Source: an uncultured delta proteobacterium (lineage in GTDB: Bacteria; Desulfobacterota; Syntrophobacteria; BM002). From it: 64,000 nt of DNA. The first letter of the stretch is position 1. Each line of letters starts with the position of its first letter. Below are positions 46,199 to 57,245 of the stretch, piece after piece. Below the pieces are notes generated by a model, which saw only the letters and a list, made by a program, of their open reading frames with translations, was not told the DNA's origin and did no database searches. The stretch covers positions 65,443 through 129,442 of the forward strand of contig CAVQGX010000003.1 in the NCBI GenBank assembly GCA_963712115.1, given 5' to 3'. Both the position numbers and the translations under genes were made by a program.

Positions 46199-46309
46199 AC
46201 TGAATATCTCATACTTTAATCCCCACTTTTGCCCTTTCTGACCCTTCACCAGATATAGCGGTGTTTTTCTCAGAACTAAAAGTGTGAATTAAGGGATGTA
46301 ATGTGCACT
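46199..46309. repeat. Complete bipartite site
   Basis: catactttaatccccacttttgccctttctga...tcagaactaaaagtgtgaattaagggatgtaatgtgcact. Confidence 0.85.
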
Positions 46310-46568
46310 TTCGCTGTAACCAGGTCCGAGCTCAAATTTCTCACCCTAATCCGCATTTTACTTTAGCAAGCAAGCGAGAAACCCTTGGTATAAGAAACTA
46401 CGCTCTCTTGAGCCATTTCAGACATCATAAACAATGCATTTTTGGCTCTTCCTTTTCAGTATAGCCTTCAGGAAAATTTACTGATTGACATAACAATACA
46501 TGTGCTACAATACTCGCCATCTTTACTACTGAAACGACCACACAAACACTTTTGAGGGGGGGAAGAAG

Positions 46569-48041
46569 ATGTTAAAGGTCAAACCTGTCGGGATCGCAGC
46601 TATACTCGTTGCCACCATGTGGTTTTTGAGTGCCAGTGCAGGCAGCCAGGCAAAGACGGGAGAAGTATTCGAAATGGCGAATCCAGCAGATGAAGTAAAC
46701 CGTTTCGACAGCGAAATAAGCAACGCACAAAAAAACCAAGTCAATGTCTTGGCACCGATCTCTTTCGCCAAGGCTGAGAAGTACCTCAATGATGCCAAGG
46801 AAGCATTGGTGGGTGGAAATGAAATTTCAGAAATTCTTGAAGAGATCACTTCTGGGCGTCTACAACTCCAACGTGCTGAGGAGATGGCGCAAGTGGCGAG
46901 GACAACATTACCCAACGTTATAAAAGCTCGTGAACTGGCCCGTGCTGCAGGCGCTATCAGTTTAGGTGAGGATTATGTTAAGGCAGAGAAACAGTTTCTC
47001 AAACTCACCAAAGCGATAGAGAAAGACGACCTTAGGTATGCCCAAAATAACAGGGATAAGGTTGCCGCTGGCTTTGATCAACTTGAGCTGCGAGCCATTA
47101 AAGAGCAGAAACTAGGCGAAGCTCGCAAGTTAATCAATCAGGCAGAGGAGGAAGGCGCAAAGAAACTGGCACCGCAGACTTTGGAAATTGCTGAGCAGAG
47201 TTTGAAAGATGCAGATGTATTTATTTCAGAGCATCGCTATGAAAGAGAAAAGATACAGCAGAAATCCAGTGAGGCATTTTTCCAAGCCGAGCGTCTTCTT
47301 GAAGTGACAAGGCAAAGTAAAAAGATGAAAGAAATGGAGCCTGAGGAGATCAGCCTTTGGATGGAGGGAATCTTGAGCAAGACAGCGAGCACGCTTTCTG
47401 CTCCTGACATGCGGAACGAATCGTTTGATACGCAACGTGAAAATATTCTCGGCTCAGTCAGCGCACTCCAGGAGGATAAGCAATTCATTGCAAGCCAGGA
47501 CAAAGGCCACGTAGAGGAAATTGAGTCCTTGAAACAGCAAATTGCCCAGTTGGAGGGAAAGACTAAGGAGGAACAGGCAGCTTTAGAACGCTTGGAGAAA
47601 GAAAAGAGGTTCAATGAACTTTTCAATGAGGTCACAGGGTACTTCAGTACAGGCGAAGCGGAAGTATACAAACAAGGCAATAGATTGATAATTCGGTTAA
47701 GAGCAATCCAATTTCCGGTGGGAAAGGCCGTTATCATGCCTGATAATTACGGACTATTAAGCAAGGTTCAGCGAGCGATTAGAACCTTCGGTGAGCCAGA
47801 TGTTGTAATAGAGGGGCACACGGACACGACAGAATCAGAAGAGGTCAGTGAACACCTGTCGCAGCAAAGGGCTGAATCGGTTCGTAAGTACTTAGTGGCG
47901 AATCAAACCCTACCAGAGGAAAAGATTGTTGCTGTCGGTTACGGTTCTAAACGACCTTTGGCATCCAATGAGACTGAAGAGGGACGTGCTATCAATAGAA
48001 GAATCGATGTAGTTATTTCCCCTATGCCACAGGCCGGCTAA
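46569..48041 (+). CDS. OmpA/MotB-family protein with a coiled-coil N-terminus
   Basis: IEGHTD, LSQQRAESV, GYG..RP, GRAINRRID. Confidence 0.88.
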   Translation: MLKVKPVGIAAILVATMWFLSASAGSQAKTGEVFEMANPADEVNRFDSEISNAQKNQVNVLAPISFAKAEKYLNDAKEALVGGNEISEILEEITSGRLQLQRAEEMAQVARTTLPNVIKARELARAAGAISLGEDYVKAEKQFLKLTKAIEKDDLRYAQNNRDKVAAGFDQLELRAIKEQKLGEARKLINQAEEEGAKKLAPQTLEIAEQSLKDADVFISEHRYEREKIQQKSSEAFFQAERLLEVTRQSKKMKEMEPEEISLWMEGILSKTASTLSAPDMRNESFDTQRENILGSVSALQEDKQFIASQDKGHVEEIESLKQQIAQLEGKTKEEQAALERLEKEKRFNELFNEVTGYFSTGEAEVYKQGNRLIIRLRAIQFPVGKAVIMPDNYGLLSKVQRAIRTFGEPDVVIEGHTDTTESEEVSEHLSQQRAESVRKYLVANQTLPEEKIVAVGYGSKRPLASNETEEGRAINRRIDVVISPMPQAG

Positions 48042-48769
48042 TCGACCTGTCAGAACAAGGTAAAGGGACACTTTTATTGCGCTGAGAATAGTAAAGCAAG
48101 GCTCTTCAGCCCGGGAGAGCCTTGCTTTTCCCTTTTAATTACAGACTATCTCCTTGATTTTATATTTCTTAAGCAATTAATGGTTAGCATAATGAGATAA
48201 TGGATAAACCGTTACTGTCTGAATAGCGCTGCCATGCCTGGAGTTCAGATTACATACTCCACACTTTCTCTTTTGAGAACCGGCCACAATATCTTGGTTT
48301 AAACTAAAAAAATGCGGAGTCATTGGCTTCGCTTTTTTACTTCTCAACATCTTGTGATGAGGTTTCTAGGGGGGAAGTGTGAATTAAGGGATGTAATCGC
48401 CACTCTGCTCTCGTCGTTTTTACCACCCGACTAAATAGCCACAGGAGTGCGCTTTTGCTTGACAACAAGCGCTTCCCTCGCTTAATTTGAAGTCAGTTCT
48501 ATTTCCTTTTCCAACTCATCTTCGAGAGACCATTCGCTCAGTCATACACTCATCTGAACGGAATTATCACCTCACTCATTTTAGGCACTGTCTTCCACCT
48601 TTAGAGGCAAGTCATGAAGTGGATTTTCCAGAAAATGCCTACATGTGGCCCCCAAAGGCAGTAGATGTCCTTTGGGGGTCTTCTATGTGTTAACTCTCTG
48701 CAAGTAGATAGGTATTGCATATGAAGCCGCATGAAAATCACAATGACTTGTGATGAGGGAGGAAAAACC

Positions 48770-49329
48770 ATGATTAAAAAATTAAGCCTCGTTTTTGTCG
48801 TTGTATCTTTACTGACTGCTCCGGCTGTGTTAGCAGGCAATGGGGCCTTCCAAGGCAACTATGGAGAACTTTTTGCATATGCATCTAACTCAGATGCCAG
48901 CCTTTATATGGAAGTGTCCACGTATGCGAGTATCTATGGCGATCTTCGGTGCTCGATTTACTTCTATGACGAAGATGGCAACATGGGTTTTTGCTTTGGA
49001 GAGAACGATGCTTTTTCAGTTAATGTCTCTACCAGCCTTAAATACGGTACCTTTGAAGCCAACACCGAAGACCTAGCTTGCTTATATGAGGGACAAGATC
49101 CGCCACCCTCCTGGTGCGAGACATGATGATCTCGGTAAAATGCACTCCCAATGGCACGTATTCTGGGCAAAGTACTATAAATTCCCAAAACAGGTTTGGG
49201 GGCGGCAGTAAATCTGTTTATCATTCCATCTATAGGTCGGAAGAGGCCGATTGTGCAATCACCACCGACGGTATACTCTTTGGTGAGGGCAATGGTTTTA
49301 TTACCTATAACCAGGGGGTCGAGAAGTAA
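48770..49329 (+). pseudogene. Secreted Cys-containing protein, apparently split by a frameshift near 49120
   Basis: Signal peptide with GGAGG RBS; two overlapping ORFs of similar composition. Confidence 0.5.
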
Positions 49330-49463
49330 GTAAGAGTGGCTGTGGGAGGATCTCTAAAAACGGTTAATTAACTCCCACTTTATTTAGATGTTCAAGAACG
49401 AGCGGAGCTTCGGCTCCGCTTGTTTAAGCTCTCAATATCTTGTGCCAATATACATTCCAGTCG

Positions 49464-49492
49464 AGTGTGAATTAAGGGATGTAATTCACACT
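49464..49492. repeat. Perfectly palindromic core site
   Basis: AGTGTGAATTA-AGGGATG-TAATTCACACT. Confidence 0.9.
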
Positions 49493-49716
49493 CTCGCTAG
49501 GGTTGCTTCCAATAATTCATATTATTTGACACGGTCCACCTCGGTCTCATATTCTGAAAATAGTTAAGGCACGTTTCTTGCTCTAAATATCCTCAGAACC
49601 GCTCAGACCTACCAAATAAAGCAAAACAATTCCAATTAGTTGCATAAGTTTGTCCTTTGTTGGGAGTTAATTACCCAGCCCTACTTTTTAGGTAGGTTTT
49701 AGTTCAGGGGAGATGT

Positions 49717-49896
49717 ATGTCTTTCTCCGAGTGTAAAATTAGGCAAAGTAGTGTACCCGTGGAAGAAAAAAGAATAACTGAACTCTTGGATGAGGTTGAG
49801 TGCAATGCGGCATTCATAGATACCAAGGTGGTCAATGCGATAAAGGAGACAGAAAACCTTCTGCAACAAATATTAGCAGTTCTAGGGAAGCAGTAG
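49717..49896 (+). CDS. 59-aa hypothetical protein
   Basis: GGGAG RBS; GG-N10-GC at 49568-49581. Confidence 0.4.
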   Translation: MSFSECKIRQSSVPVEEKRITELLDEVECNAAFIDTKVVNAIKETENLLQQILAVLGKQ

Positions 49897-49947
49897 CGCA
49901 TTCCTGCTTTCAGGGACAGAACCTGAAAAAATAACTAGGGAAAAGCA

Positions 49948-50151
49948 ATGGCAAAGAAAGTTCCTTTCCCCCCAGACTCACCCAAACAGTGTCCATGCGC
50001 TCACAAGCATATCTCTTGGTCTATGGGCGACGACTATGTTTTTTATTGGGACTGCAACCGGAGATACCCACTAATTGCCTGTTTTAGGGCACCAGAGTCC
50101 AACCTCACTGAACCCAGAATCCAACTCAAAGAAAAAGAGTTGGAGAAATAA
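49948..50151 (+). CDS. Small Cys/His-containing hypothetical protein
   Basis: CPCAHKH...DC; 67 aa. Confidence 0.45.
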   Translation: MAKKVPFPPDSPKQCPCAHKHISWSMGDDYVFYWDCNRRYPLIACFRAPESNLTEPRIQLKEKELEK

Positions 50152-50166
50152 TCACCTCAGACTTTT

Positions 50167-50517
50167 ATGAGCATACAAAGACGACAGCATTCCAGAATTC
50201 TCGTCAGTTGGCCTGTGCTAGTGAATATCTTACAAGGTTCATTAGAGGGAAAGGTAAAAGATATCAGTGTTGGAGGCGTTGGCATCTTCTGCACAGAGGA
50301 GCCAGGTGCTGAGGAGAACATTTCTATCGTTCTAAATCCCTCCGAGCAGCGATCCATTGCTTTAATTGGCGAAAAAGTCTGGTCGGATGCGTATGAAACT
50401 GGTTGTGGAACACTATTTAGTATGGGTATCAGATTCATTTACATATCACCAGCAGATCATCAATACATTGCTGAATTAGTAAAAAATGAGCAGCATGACT
50501 TGCCCTTTAGAACCTAA
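50167..50517 (+). CDS. PilZ-domain protein
   Basis: RRQHSR, DISVGG, MGIRF. Confidence 0.85.
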   Translation: MSIQRRQHSRILVSWPVLVNILQGSLEGKVKDISVGGVGIFCTEEPGAEENISIVLNPSEQRSIALIGEKVWSDAYETGCGTLFSMGIRFIYISPADHQYIAELVKNEQHDLPFRT

Positions 50518-50818
50518 GCTCACCAAACGAATAAAAGTCGAGCCTGTCAAATGCCCCAGGTGTAAATTCACTATAATGGTTAATCTAAGAGAGAAAGTGT
50601 GTCCTGTTTGTGGGAGTGCGTTGCCAATCACTGAGAAGCGTTAAATGACTATCAATATCTTGTGCCAGATTGAAATCCAGAAAAGTGTGAATTAAGGGAT
50701 GTAATATAAAGTCCGCCCCGCACCCCCTCCATGCTGCCCACTTGTTAAAAAAGTCGGGCATAGACCTTGCAAACTCCACTGTAGCGAAAAAAATGGGGAG
50801 GCCACTAGGAGAAAGTGT

Positions 50819-51145
50819 ATGGCAAAGACAGACCGAAATCATTCTAGGGTTGCAGTCTCCTGGCCTGCTGCAATACTTAGTGAGCAGGGGGCAATTGCCG
50901 CTGAGGTAAAGAATGTTAGCTTGTCCGGAGTACTTATCTGGATTAATGAGGTGCCTGGCTCGAACGGAAATTATCATTTGGCTATCCTGATACCGGAGCA
51001 CAATTACACTATATTGACAAAAGTGGAGCCAATTAGACTTGAAATCCATGAGAATGAACCCAAACTCATTTATAGTTTGGGGGTTCGATTTGTAGATATT
51101 TCAGTAGAAGACCTCCGATTTCTTCTAGAGAGGGTCTTGCGTTAG
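50819..51145 (+). CDS. PilZ-domain protein
   Basis: DRNHSR, NVSLSG, LGVRF; GG-N10-GC at 50757-50770. Confidence 0.82.
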   Translation: MAKTDRNHSRVAVSWPAAILSEQGAIAAEVKNVSLSGVLIWINEVPGSNGNYHLAILIPEHNYTILTKVEPIRLEIHENEPKLIYSLGVRFVDISVEDLRFLLERVLR

Positions 51146-51198
51146 AGAAGGAATTGATTTTTCAAAAAACATGCGGAACTTCTGCTCTGCTTTTTTTT

Positions 51199-51310
51199 GG
51201 CATTGGGTTTGCGTCACTGAACCCGTGAGGTGAGTAAGTTGCTCGCTTCATGATCGCTACTCCTTCAGTCGCTACCCCCATTGGCATAGGGTCGATGGGG
51301 GTAATTTTTT
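51199..51310 (+). ncRNA. Candidate sigma54 promoter plus small RNA
   Basis: TTGGCATTGGGTTTGC; ends in ACCCCCATTGG...TCGATGGGGGT plus U-tract. Confidence 0.45.
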
Positions 51311-51852
51311 GAACCGCTTTAACTTGACCATCCACCACATTTGGTGCCAGATTTTCTGGGGGTAAAATGTGAATTAAGGGATGTAATCCACATTCCGCTC
51401 CCACCCTCTATGCATTCCACCTCAAATTCCCCCTAGTATTAATTGTGTTACAAGGGTAGCAAAGAAAAAATCATGCATTCTTCGTATTCACTTAATATAT
51501 TGCACTATTTACACTATGGTGATCCCAATGAGGGCTCATCGAGATCGAATAGGAGACGATTTATGGATTCGTTTACAGTTGAACTGACCCTTTTTTGCGC
51601 TGTTGCTATTGCATTAGTTGCCACACACAGAAAATGAGTCCACTCTGGACTCACTCTACCCCTTTCGGATATAATTACGGACATCGTTTAAGTCTGTACG
51701 CCTAGAAGCTAGATCCCAGATTACTCTGTGGGTTTAGAAACTCTCTCAAGATCGCATTCTCTTATCCCTTCGCAATAGGCAGCAGTATAGAGAATCAGCT
51801 GATTCTCAACTGGTGAGGATTTTTTGACCAGTTAATCAAACCAACTGAGTAG

Positions 51853-53178
51853 ATGATGACAAAAAGACTCTTTCTAACAACCATCCTTTTTCTTATTTTC
51901 TTTCAGACTCTTTCAGTCCCTCAGGCTTTTGCGAAGGCTAACGCCGGACCGGATCAAAGGGTGAATGAAGGAGACGAGGTATTCCTGGATGGTTCGAAGT
52001 CCAAGCCTAAGGGTGGCGATACGATCCAAAGTTTCTTATGGAAACAGGTTGAAGTTGAAGGAAATCCCGTGTCAATAACAGATGCAGACGAACCTACAGC
52101 GAGTTTTTTCGCCCCACAGGTTTTAAAAGACACGAAACTTACCTTTAAGCTGACAGTCAGATTTGCTTCTGGCAAAGAAGATACTGATGATACGAAAGTC
52201 TACGTATTAGATCGAGATGATGATAAAGATGATGATAGAGATGCTAATGATCCACCCAGGGCAGATGCAGGACCTAATCAGACGGTGCCTGAGAAAACTA
52301 TGGTCACCTTGGACGGGTCAAATTCATCTGATCCTGATGATGGTATTAAGTCCCATCTGTGGAAACAGATAAATGGACCATCAGTTAGTTTATCCAATCC
52401 TAGGGCGATTCAACCCACCTTTACGAGCCCCAGTGTTGCAGGCAACAAATCAACATCGCTTAAATTTGAGTTAACGGTTACTGATTTTGGTGGTTTGAAA
52501 GATACCGATACCACTGTTGTCAATGTGACCGGGGAAAATGATCCACCCTGGGCAGATGCAGGACCTAACCATAATGTGGACGAGGAAACTATAGTCACCC
52601 TGGACGGGTCAAACTCTTTTGATCCTGATGACGGCATTGCATCATATCAGTGGAAACAAATAGCAGGGCCGTCAGTTAGCCTATCTAATCCTCAGGCAGT
52701 ACAAACCACCTTCTTGGCACCGAATGTAGGAACGGATGGTGTTTCGTTTATCTTTGAGTTAACAGTGACCGATTTCAGCAGTTTGCAATCAACGGATACC
52801 GCAATTGTAAATGTGATCTGGCTGAACGATCCTCCCACAGCAAATGCTGGAGTTGATCAGGCAGTGCTTGAGAAAAGTACAGTCACTCTGGACGGTTCCA
52901 ATTCATCTGATCCAGATGATGGTATTGAGTCCTATCTCTGGAAACAGGTAGCAGGACAGTCAGTCTTCCTTTCCGATCCCACAGATGATCAACCGATTTT
53001 TGAGGCTCCAAGTTTTGATGATAGTGGTGACAAACAGCTCATCTTCGAGTTGATAGTTACAGATGAAGGCGGTTTGCAATCTAGTGATTCAACAACTGTT
53101 TCTGTCTCAAATTTTGAGAAAGACAACCCAGGCGCATCAGGAGGAGGTTGTTTTATTTCAGCTGCGGCAGATGGCTAG
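51853..53178 (+). CDS. Secreted protein with four PKD/K319L-like repeats and a C-terminal GGGCFI motif
   Basis: Four ANAGPDQ/ADAGPN...VTLDGSNS.DPDD...W.Q repeats; GGGCFISAAA. Confidence 0.85.
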   Translation: MMTKRLFLTTILFLIFFQTLSVPQAFAKANAGPDQRVNEGDEVFLDGSKSKPKGGDTIQSFLWKQVEVEGNPVSITDADEPTASFFAPQVLKDTKLTFKLTVRFASGKEDTDDTKVYVLDRDDDKDDDRDANDPPRADAGPNQTVPEKTMVTLDGSNSSDPDDGIKSHLWKQINGPSVSLSNPRAIQPTFTSPSVAGNKSTSLKFELTVTDFGGLKDTDTTVVNVTGENDPPWADAGPNHNVDEETIVTLDGSNSFDPDDGIASYQWKQIAGPSVSLSNPQAVQTTFLAPNVGTDGVSFIFELTVTDFSSLQSTDTAIVNVIWLNDPPTANAGVDQAVLEKSTVTLDGSNSSDPDDGIESYLWKQVAGQSVFLSDPTDDQPIFEAPSFDDSGDKQLIFELIVTDEGGLQSSDSTTVSVSNFEKDNPGASGGGCFISAAADG

Positions 53179-53380
53179 ATTACTTTCAGAATACTCTATC
53201 CATCTCCCAAAGATACTGCGGAGCTTCGACTCCGTTTTTTTATTCTCAACATCTTGTGCCTGAGCAAATCTCAGAGCAGTGTGAATTAAGGGATGATATT
53301 TTTAGTTTTTCAGATGCACTTTTCTTGTAGGAATTCGTGAGGGCATTCTAGGGTGGGATGAGAGTGCAAAGGTAAAGACA

Positions 53381-53872
53381 ATGGACTATTCAATGTCTCC
53401 AATTTCAGAGGATGATCGTAGAGCAATAATCGATATATTTAACTATTACGTAGAAAATTCTTTCGCAGCATATCCTGAGACGAAATTCCCTTATGAAGCA
53501 TTCGATATGTTTCTGCAAATGTCTCAGGGCTATCCCACAGCAAAAGTAAAAGATAAAAATGGCAGGGTAATTGGTTTTGGACTGCTGCGTTCACATAATC
53601 CCATGCCCACCTTTGCTGAGACGGCAGAAATAACCTACTTCATTCACCCGGATCACACGGGAAAAGGTATTGGAACAAAGCTTTTAAGCTTGCTCGAAGA
53701 AGAAGGAATAAAAAAAGGCATAACGAATATTTTAGCCAATATATCTTCCCTCAATCCCAGAAGCATAGATTTTCATAAAAAGAACGGCTTTATCGAGTGC
53801 GGGCGTTTCAAAAACGTGGGCAGAAAAAAGGGACAGGTATTCGATACAGTTTGGATGCAAAAAACACTCTAG
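53381..53872 (+). CDS. GNAT N-acetyltransferase (Pat/YncA-like)
   Basis: IFNYYV, GKGIG, N..SI.FHKKNGF, G.K.G..FD.VWMQ. Confidence 0.88.
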   Translation: MDYSMSPISEDDRRAIIDIFNYYVENSFAAYPETKFPYEAFDMFLQMSQGYPTAKVKDKNGRVIGFGLLRSHNPMPTFAETAEITYFIHPDHTGKGIGTKLLSLLEEEGIKKGITNILANISSLNPRSIDFHKKNGFIECGRFKNVGRKKGQVFDTVWMQKTL

Positions 53873-54052
53873 CTTATCGCTCTACACCTTCACGTAGTGT
53901 TTTGCTCTCTAGTATTGGAATTGGCAATTAAGGGATGTAATCTAATTTTTTTACTTCAATGGAAAAGCTTTATGACGATTGTGTGATAACTTTGTGATAT
54001 TGAAAACATGAAATCAGAGCAAAAAAAGTCTTGTGATTTCTCACAGGACATT

Positions 54053-54268
54053 TTAGCCTCCAGACTGTATTACTTTATTGCATCTTACACAAGTATACTT
54101 CGCGGTTGCCGCTTCTTCATCCGATAACCTATCGGCAAATCCTCTAATCGCATTTATTGTTTCCTCGTGCGACATACACAAACGGCAAATAGTTCCTTCT
54201 GTTTCTATAATACCGGAAAAACTTGAGAAATCTCCGCCTGGTTCTCCAATGTGACTCTCGCTACTCAT
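54053..54268 (-). CDS. Small hypothetical protein with two CxxC pairs
   Basis: CRLC and CVRC; AGGAGG RBS. Confidence 0.55.
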   Translation of the reverse strand: MSSESHIGEPGGDFSSFSGIIETEGTICRLCMSHEETINAIRGFADRLSDEEAATAKYTCVRCNKVIQSGG

Positions 54269-54808
54269 TGCGTTTCCTCCTTACTATCATCTGTGCATTC
54301 TATTATCGTGTCCTAGAAAGAACTCAATAGCAAAAAAAGGTTCATTATACTCAATATAAAATGACACACTTCCTTCATTATTCGCTGGCCCCATCAACAA
54401 ATATGGGTTTGAATATATCATCTTTGGGTTGACCCATCAAGCACTTCACTACGATGAATCTCTCTGGGTCATCATGAGTTATTTCCTTTCCTTCCTTTGG
54501 GTTGTAGACCACAACATTGTGCCTATCGCTCAATTCCCACAGTTGCTGGGAGATTCGACCCAGCATTGACTATTGGTAAATAATCCCAGAAACAAAACAG
54601 GGAAGAACTAAAGATTCTTCAAACACCCCAGCGGAGCTTCGGCTCCGTTTTTTTCAGTGCTAGTTAGCCGAGGCTCAGATTACATACTTTAATCTTAACT
54701 AGCCTTCCTTTTGACCAGCCAGTCTATCTTGTGGTAGGTTCCTGTAGTCCACTTAAAATGGCTTAGCTCCACTCAATCTGAACTGTGTCCTGTGGGGAGG
54801 GAATTTTC

Positions 54809-55591
54809 ATGTGCGAACTACTTGGTCTATGTTTTAACAAAGAGGTTACCGTTCAATTGGCCTTCTCTGGGCTAAAAGCTGGCGCAACGGATAACCCTGA
54901 TGGGTGGGGAGTGGCCTGGTATAATGAATACGGGACCCAAGTTATTAAAGAAGCAAGGCCAGTAGATCGGAGTCGTCTTGCCAGGAGCTTTCTGGAAGAC
55001 TTGGGTGCCCGATCAAGGATCTTTGTCTCACATATCCGCCTTGCTACAGCAGGTGAGGCAGGTTACGTCAACACGCACCCCTTTTATAGAAGGTTTGATG
55101 ATAAGACCTGGGTTTTTGCCCACAATGGCACGATAGATCCTGGTCAACTGAGTTTCTCTCCTAGAGAGTTCATCCCAATTGGCACAACTGATTCTGAACT
55201 CATCTTCTGTAGTCTTTTGTCATGGCTCAAGCATCATAAGTTGAGCTTGGCCGATAGAAATGACTTTATTCTCTTGCATGAGAAATTAGGAGAAATAAAC
55301 CGCTTAGGCGAGCTAAACCTGCTTTTTAGTAATGGCACCCACTTGTTCGCTTATCACGACAGGTCCGGTTACGTGGGGCTTCATTTCTTGCTCCGTCGCG
55401 CTCCCTACAAGGTTGTCAGACTTCGCGGACACTATCTGACTGCCGACTTAGCAGAGATCATAGATCCGGATGAACGAGGATATCTCGTGGCCAGCGAGCC
55501 CCTGAGCGATGAGAATTGGATAAGTTTTAAGCCAGGCCAGTTGTTGGTTTTTTTTGAAGGTAATCCCATTTTCATGAGTGAAAATGAATGA
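54809..55591 (+). CDS. Class II glutamine amidotransferase (YafJ-like)
   Basis: MCELLG, NPDGWG, HIR.AT, NTHPF, FAHNG, GTTDSE. Confidence 0.9.
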   Translation: MCELLGLCFNKEVTVQLAFSGLKAGATDNPDGWGVAWYNEYGTQVIKEARPVDRSRLARSFLEDLGARSRIFVSHIRLATAGEAGYVNTHPFYRRFDDKTWVFAHNGTIDPGQLSFSPREFIPIGTTDSELIFCSLLSWLKHHKLSLADRNDFILLHEKLGEINRLGELNLLFSNGTHLFAYHDRSGYVGLHFLLRRAPYKVVRLRGHYLTADLAEIIDPDERGYLVASEPLSDENWISFKPGQLLVFFEGNPIFMSENE

Positions 55592-56248
55592 ATCCGTGAG
55601 GATAACCTTCACCGTCGGATCCGCCACACCGCTTTAGCCAAAATGGAGATATCATACTTTAATCCACACTTTTGCCATTCTGAGTCAGCCACAATATCTG
55701 GGGTGAAACGAACCTAAAGCGTTAACCTTGCCCCAATGGGGCTATTCATTTTTCAAAGATCACTGCGGAGTTTCGGCTCCGCTTTTTTTGTTGTGGTATC
55801 CACTTGAGTCATGCTAAGTTACTTCTTGGACAGGGAGCCTTCTCTGTCCGGTGCCCCGACCCCCAGCACCTAAGTGCCCCGGTTGCTGGGGGTTTTTTGT
55901 TGTGATGCAGCCTCGCTTGGCACCTTTCCATATCTTGTGCCAGAGTGAAAACCAGCAGAGTGTGAATTAAGGGATGTAATATAAAGTTTGCTCTCACCTG
56001 TCCGTACTAACCACCTTGGTTTCTCCCTGGTATTAGAGGGTACTAAAACCAAAATCATGCATCCTGCCGATTTACAGAGTTAGTCAGATTGTTCTAAGAT
56101 GCTTACGTTTTTACGTATATACGGCACGAAAATAGACAGCATTACCTGTAATTAGCTTTTCCATAGCTATCGGCACGTCACTTGCCTATTCGTTCTCTCA
56201 GCATAGTCAATTCCAGAAGGAGAATTTCTGCATTAAAAGAGAAAGACT

Positions 56249-56536
56249 GTGGCTCACGAAATCGACAACCGGCAACACCCTAGAATGCCAATCACATTAC
56301 TTGCCAGGATGGTCACTCCAACAAGCGTTACGGAAGGCGTAACGGAGAATATTAGCCTGCATGGCGCCTTTATCCGTTGCCAAAAACCGCTTGAGCCCGG
56401 AGAGAGGATCATTGTCATTGCGAAACTTCCTTCCAACCCATCGTTTAACTCCCATGCTGAGATTGTCTGGTCACGTGTGCCTCGCCCTAATGACGAGGTA
56501 ATTAGCCGTGGCATGGGAGTTAAGTTCATAGACTGA
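56249..56536 (+). CDS. PilZ-domain protein
   Basis: NRQHPR, NISLHG, GMGVKF; sigma54 motif CGGCACGTCACTTGC at 56171. Confidence 0.87.
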   Translation: MAHEIDNRQHPRMPITLLARMVTPTSVTEGVTENISLHGAFIRCQKPLEPGERIIVIAKLPSNPSFNSHAEIVWSRVPRPNDEVISRGMGVKFID

Positions 56537-56969
56537 CCCCGGATTAGCTTGATCTTGGAGGCCCAGTCTACAGAAGCAGGGTTGTAGCTTCCACCTCCAT
56601 TTTTATGCATTGCCATACCCTAGGGCGTTACCCCTGTTGGCCTTGGATCGCTCGACTCATCAGTGGGGTTTTTTTCGATAACCCCGCTTTGACCACTCAC
56701 AGCAATTTGTGCCAGTCTGTAACCTAGGCGATTGTGAATTAAGGGATGTAATACAACTTTTGCTTTGGTCGAAGCGAGGTTGAATTACTCATCAATAACA
56801 CAATGTGGTAGTTTTTTCCCAACCTTATAACCTTGGTTTCCCATCTTGTTCCTTCTAATTTCTGATGTATATCGACTAATCCTTTGAAATATTTCCAAAT
56901 AAATTTAGTTACTTAATTTGGCATGATTATTGTTTGCTGGAGCTTTAGCATGAATGTCGATAGATTCTG

Positions 56970-57209
56970 TTGCACACAACAAGGCAGAGTATTTTGGTGA
57001 GAAACCGAAAGGCTCCTATGGTAGAAGAGCGAAGTCCCTGTCTTAAATGCGAACGTCTGGAAAAAAACAAGTTGGAGTGCGCAGCTTCGTGTGAAGAACT
57101 AGAGAAATTCAAAGAAGGACTGCATCATTGCCTATTAACCCAGGAAGACTCAACTGACTATAGAATCCCGGGTTTGCAGCGGACACGGTGTTACACCATT
57201 GATGATTGA
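56970..57209 (+). CDS. Small Cys-rich hypothetical protein
   Basis: SPCLKC...C...C; protein identical in the duplicate. Confidence 0.5.
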   Translation: MHTTRQSILVRNRKAPMVEERSPCLKCERLEKNKLECAASCEELEKFKEGLHHCLLTQEDSTDYRIPGLQRTRCYTIDD

Positions 57210-57245
57210 ACGAAACTGCTGGCATAACAATCAAAATACACCGAA

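Noticed and set aside
49730-49750. Weak core-like sequences (gtgtaaaattagg; also near 40525 and 50560)
   Set aside because: They lack the spacer, the right arm and the spaced box.
50585-51049. Minus-strand ORFs sharing LHPLIH (also 51162, 55809)
   Set aside because: This is the translation of the repeated DNA core, not a protein family.
54378-54566. Tautomerase-like fragment
   Set aside because: No clear start or RBS and only weak resemblance.
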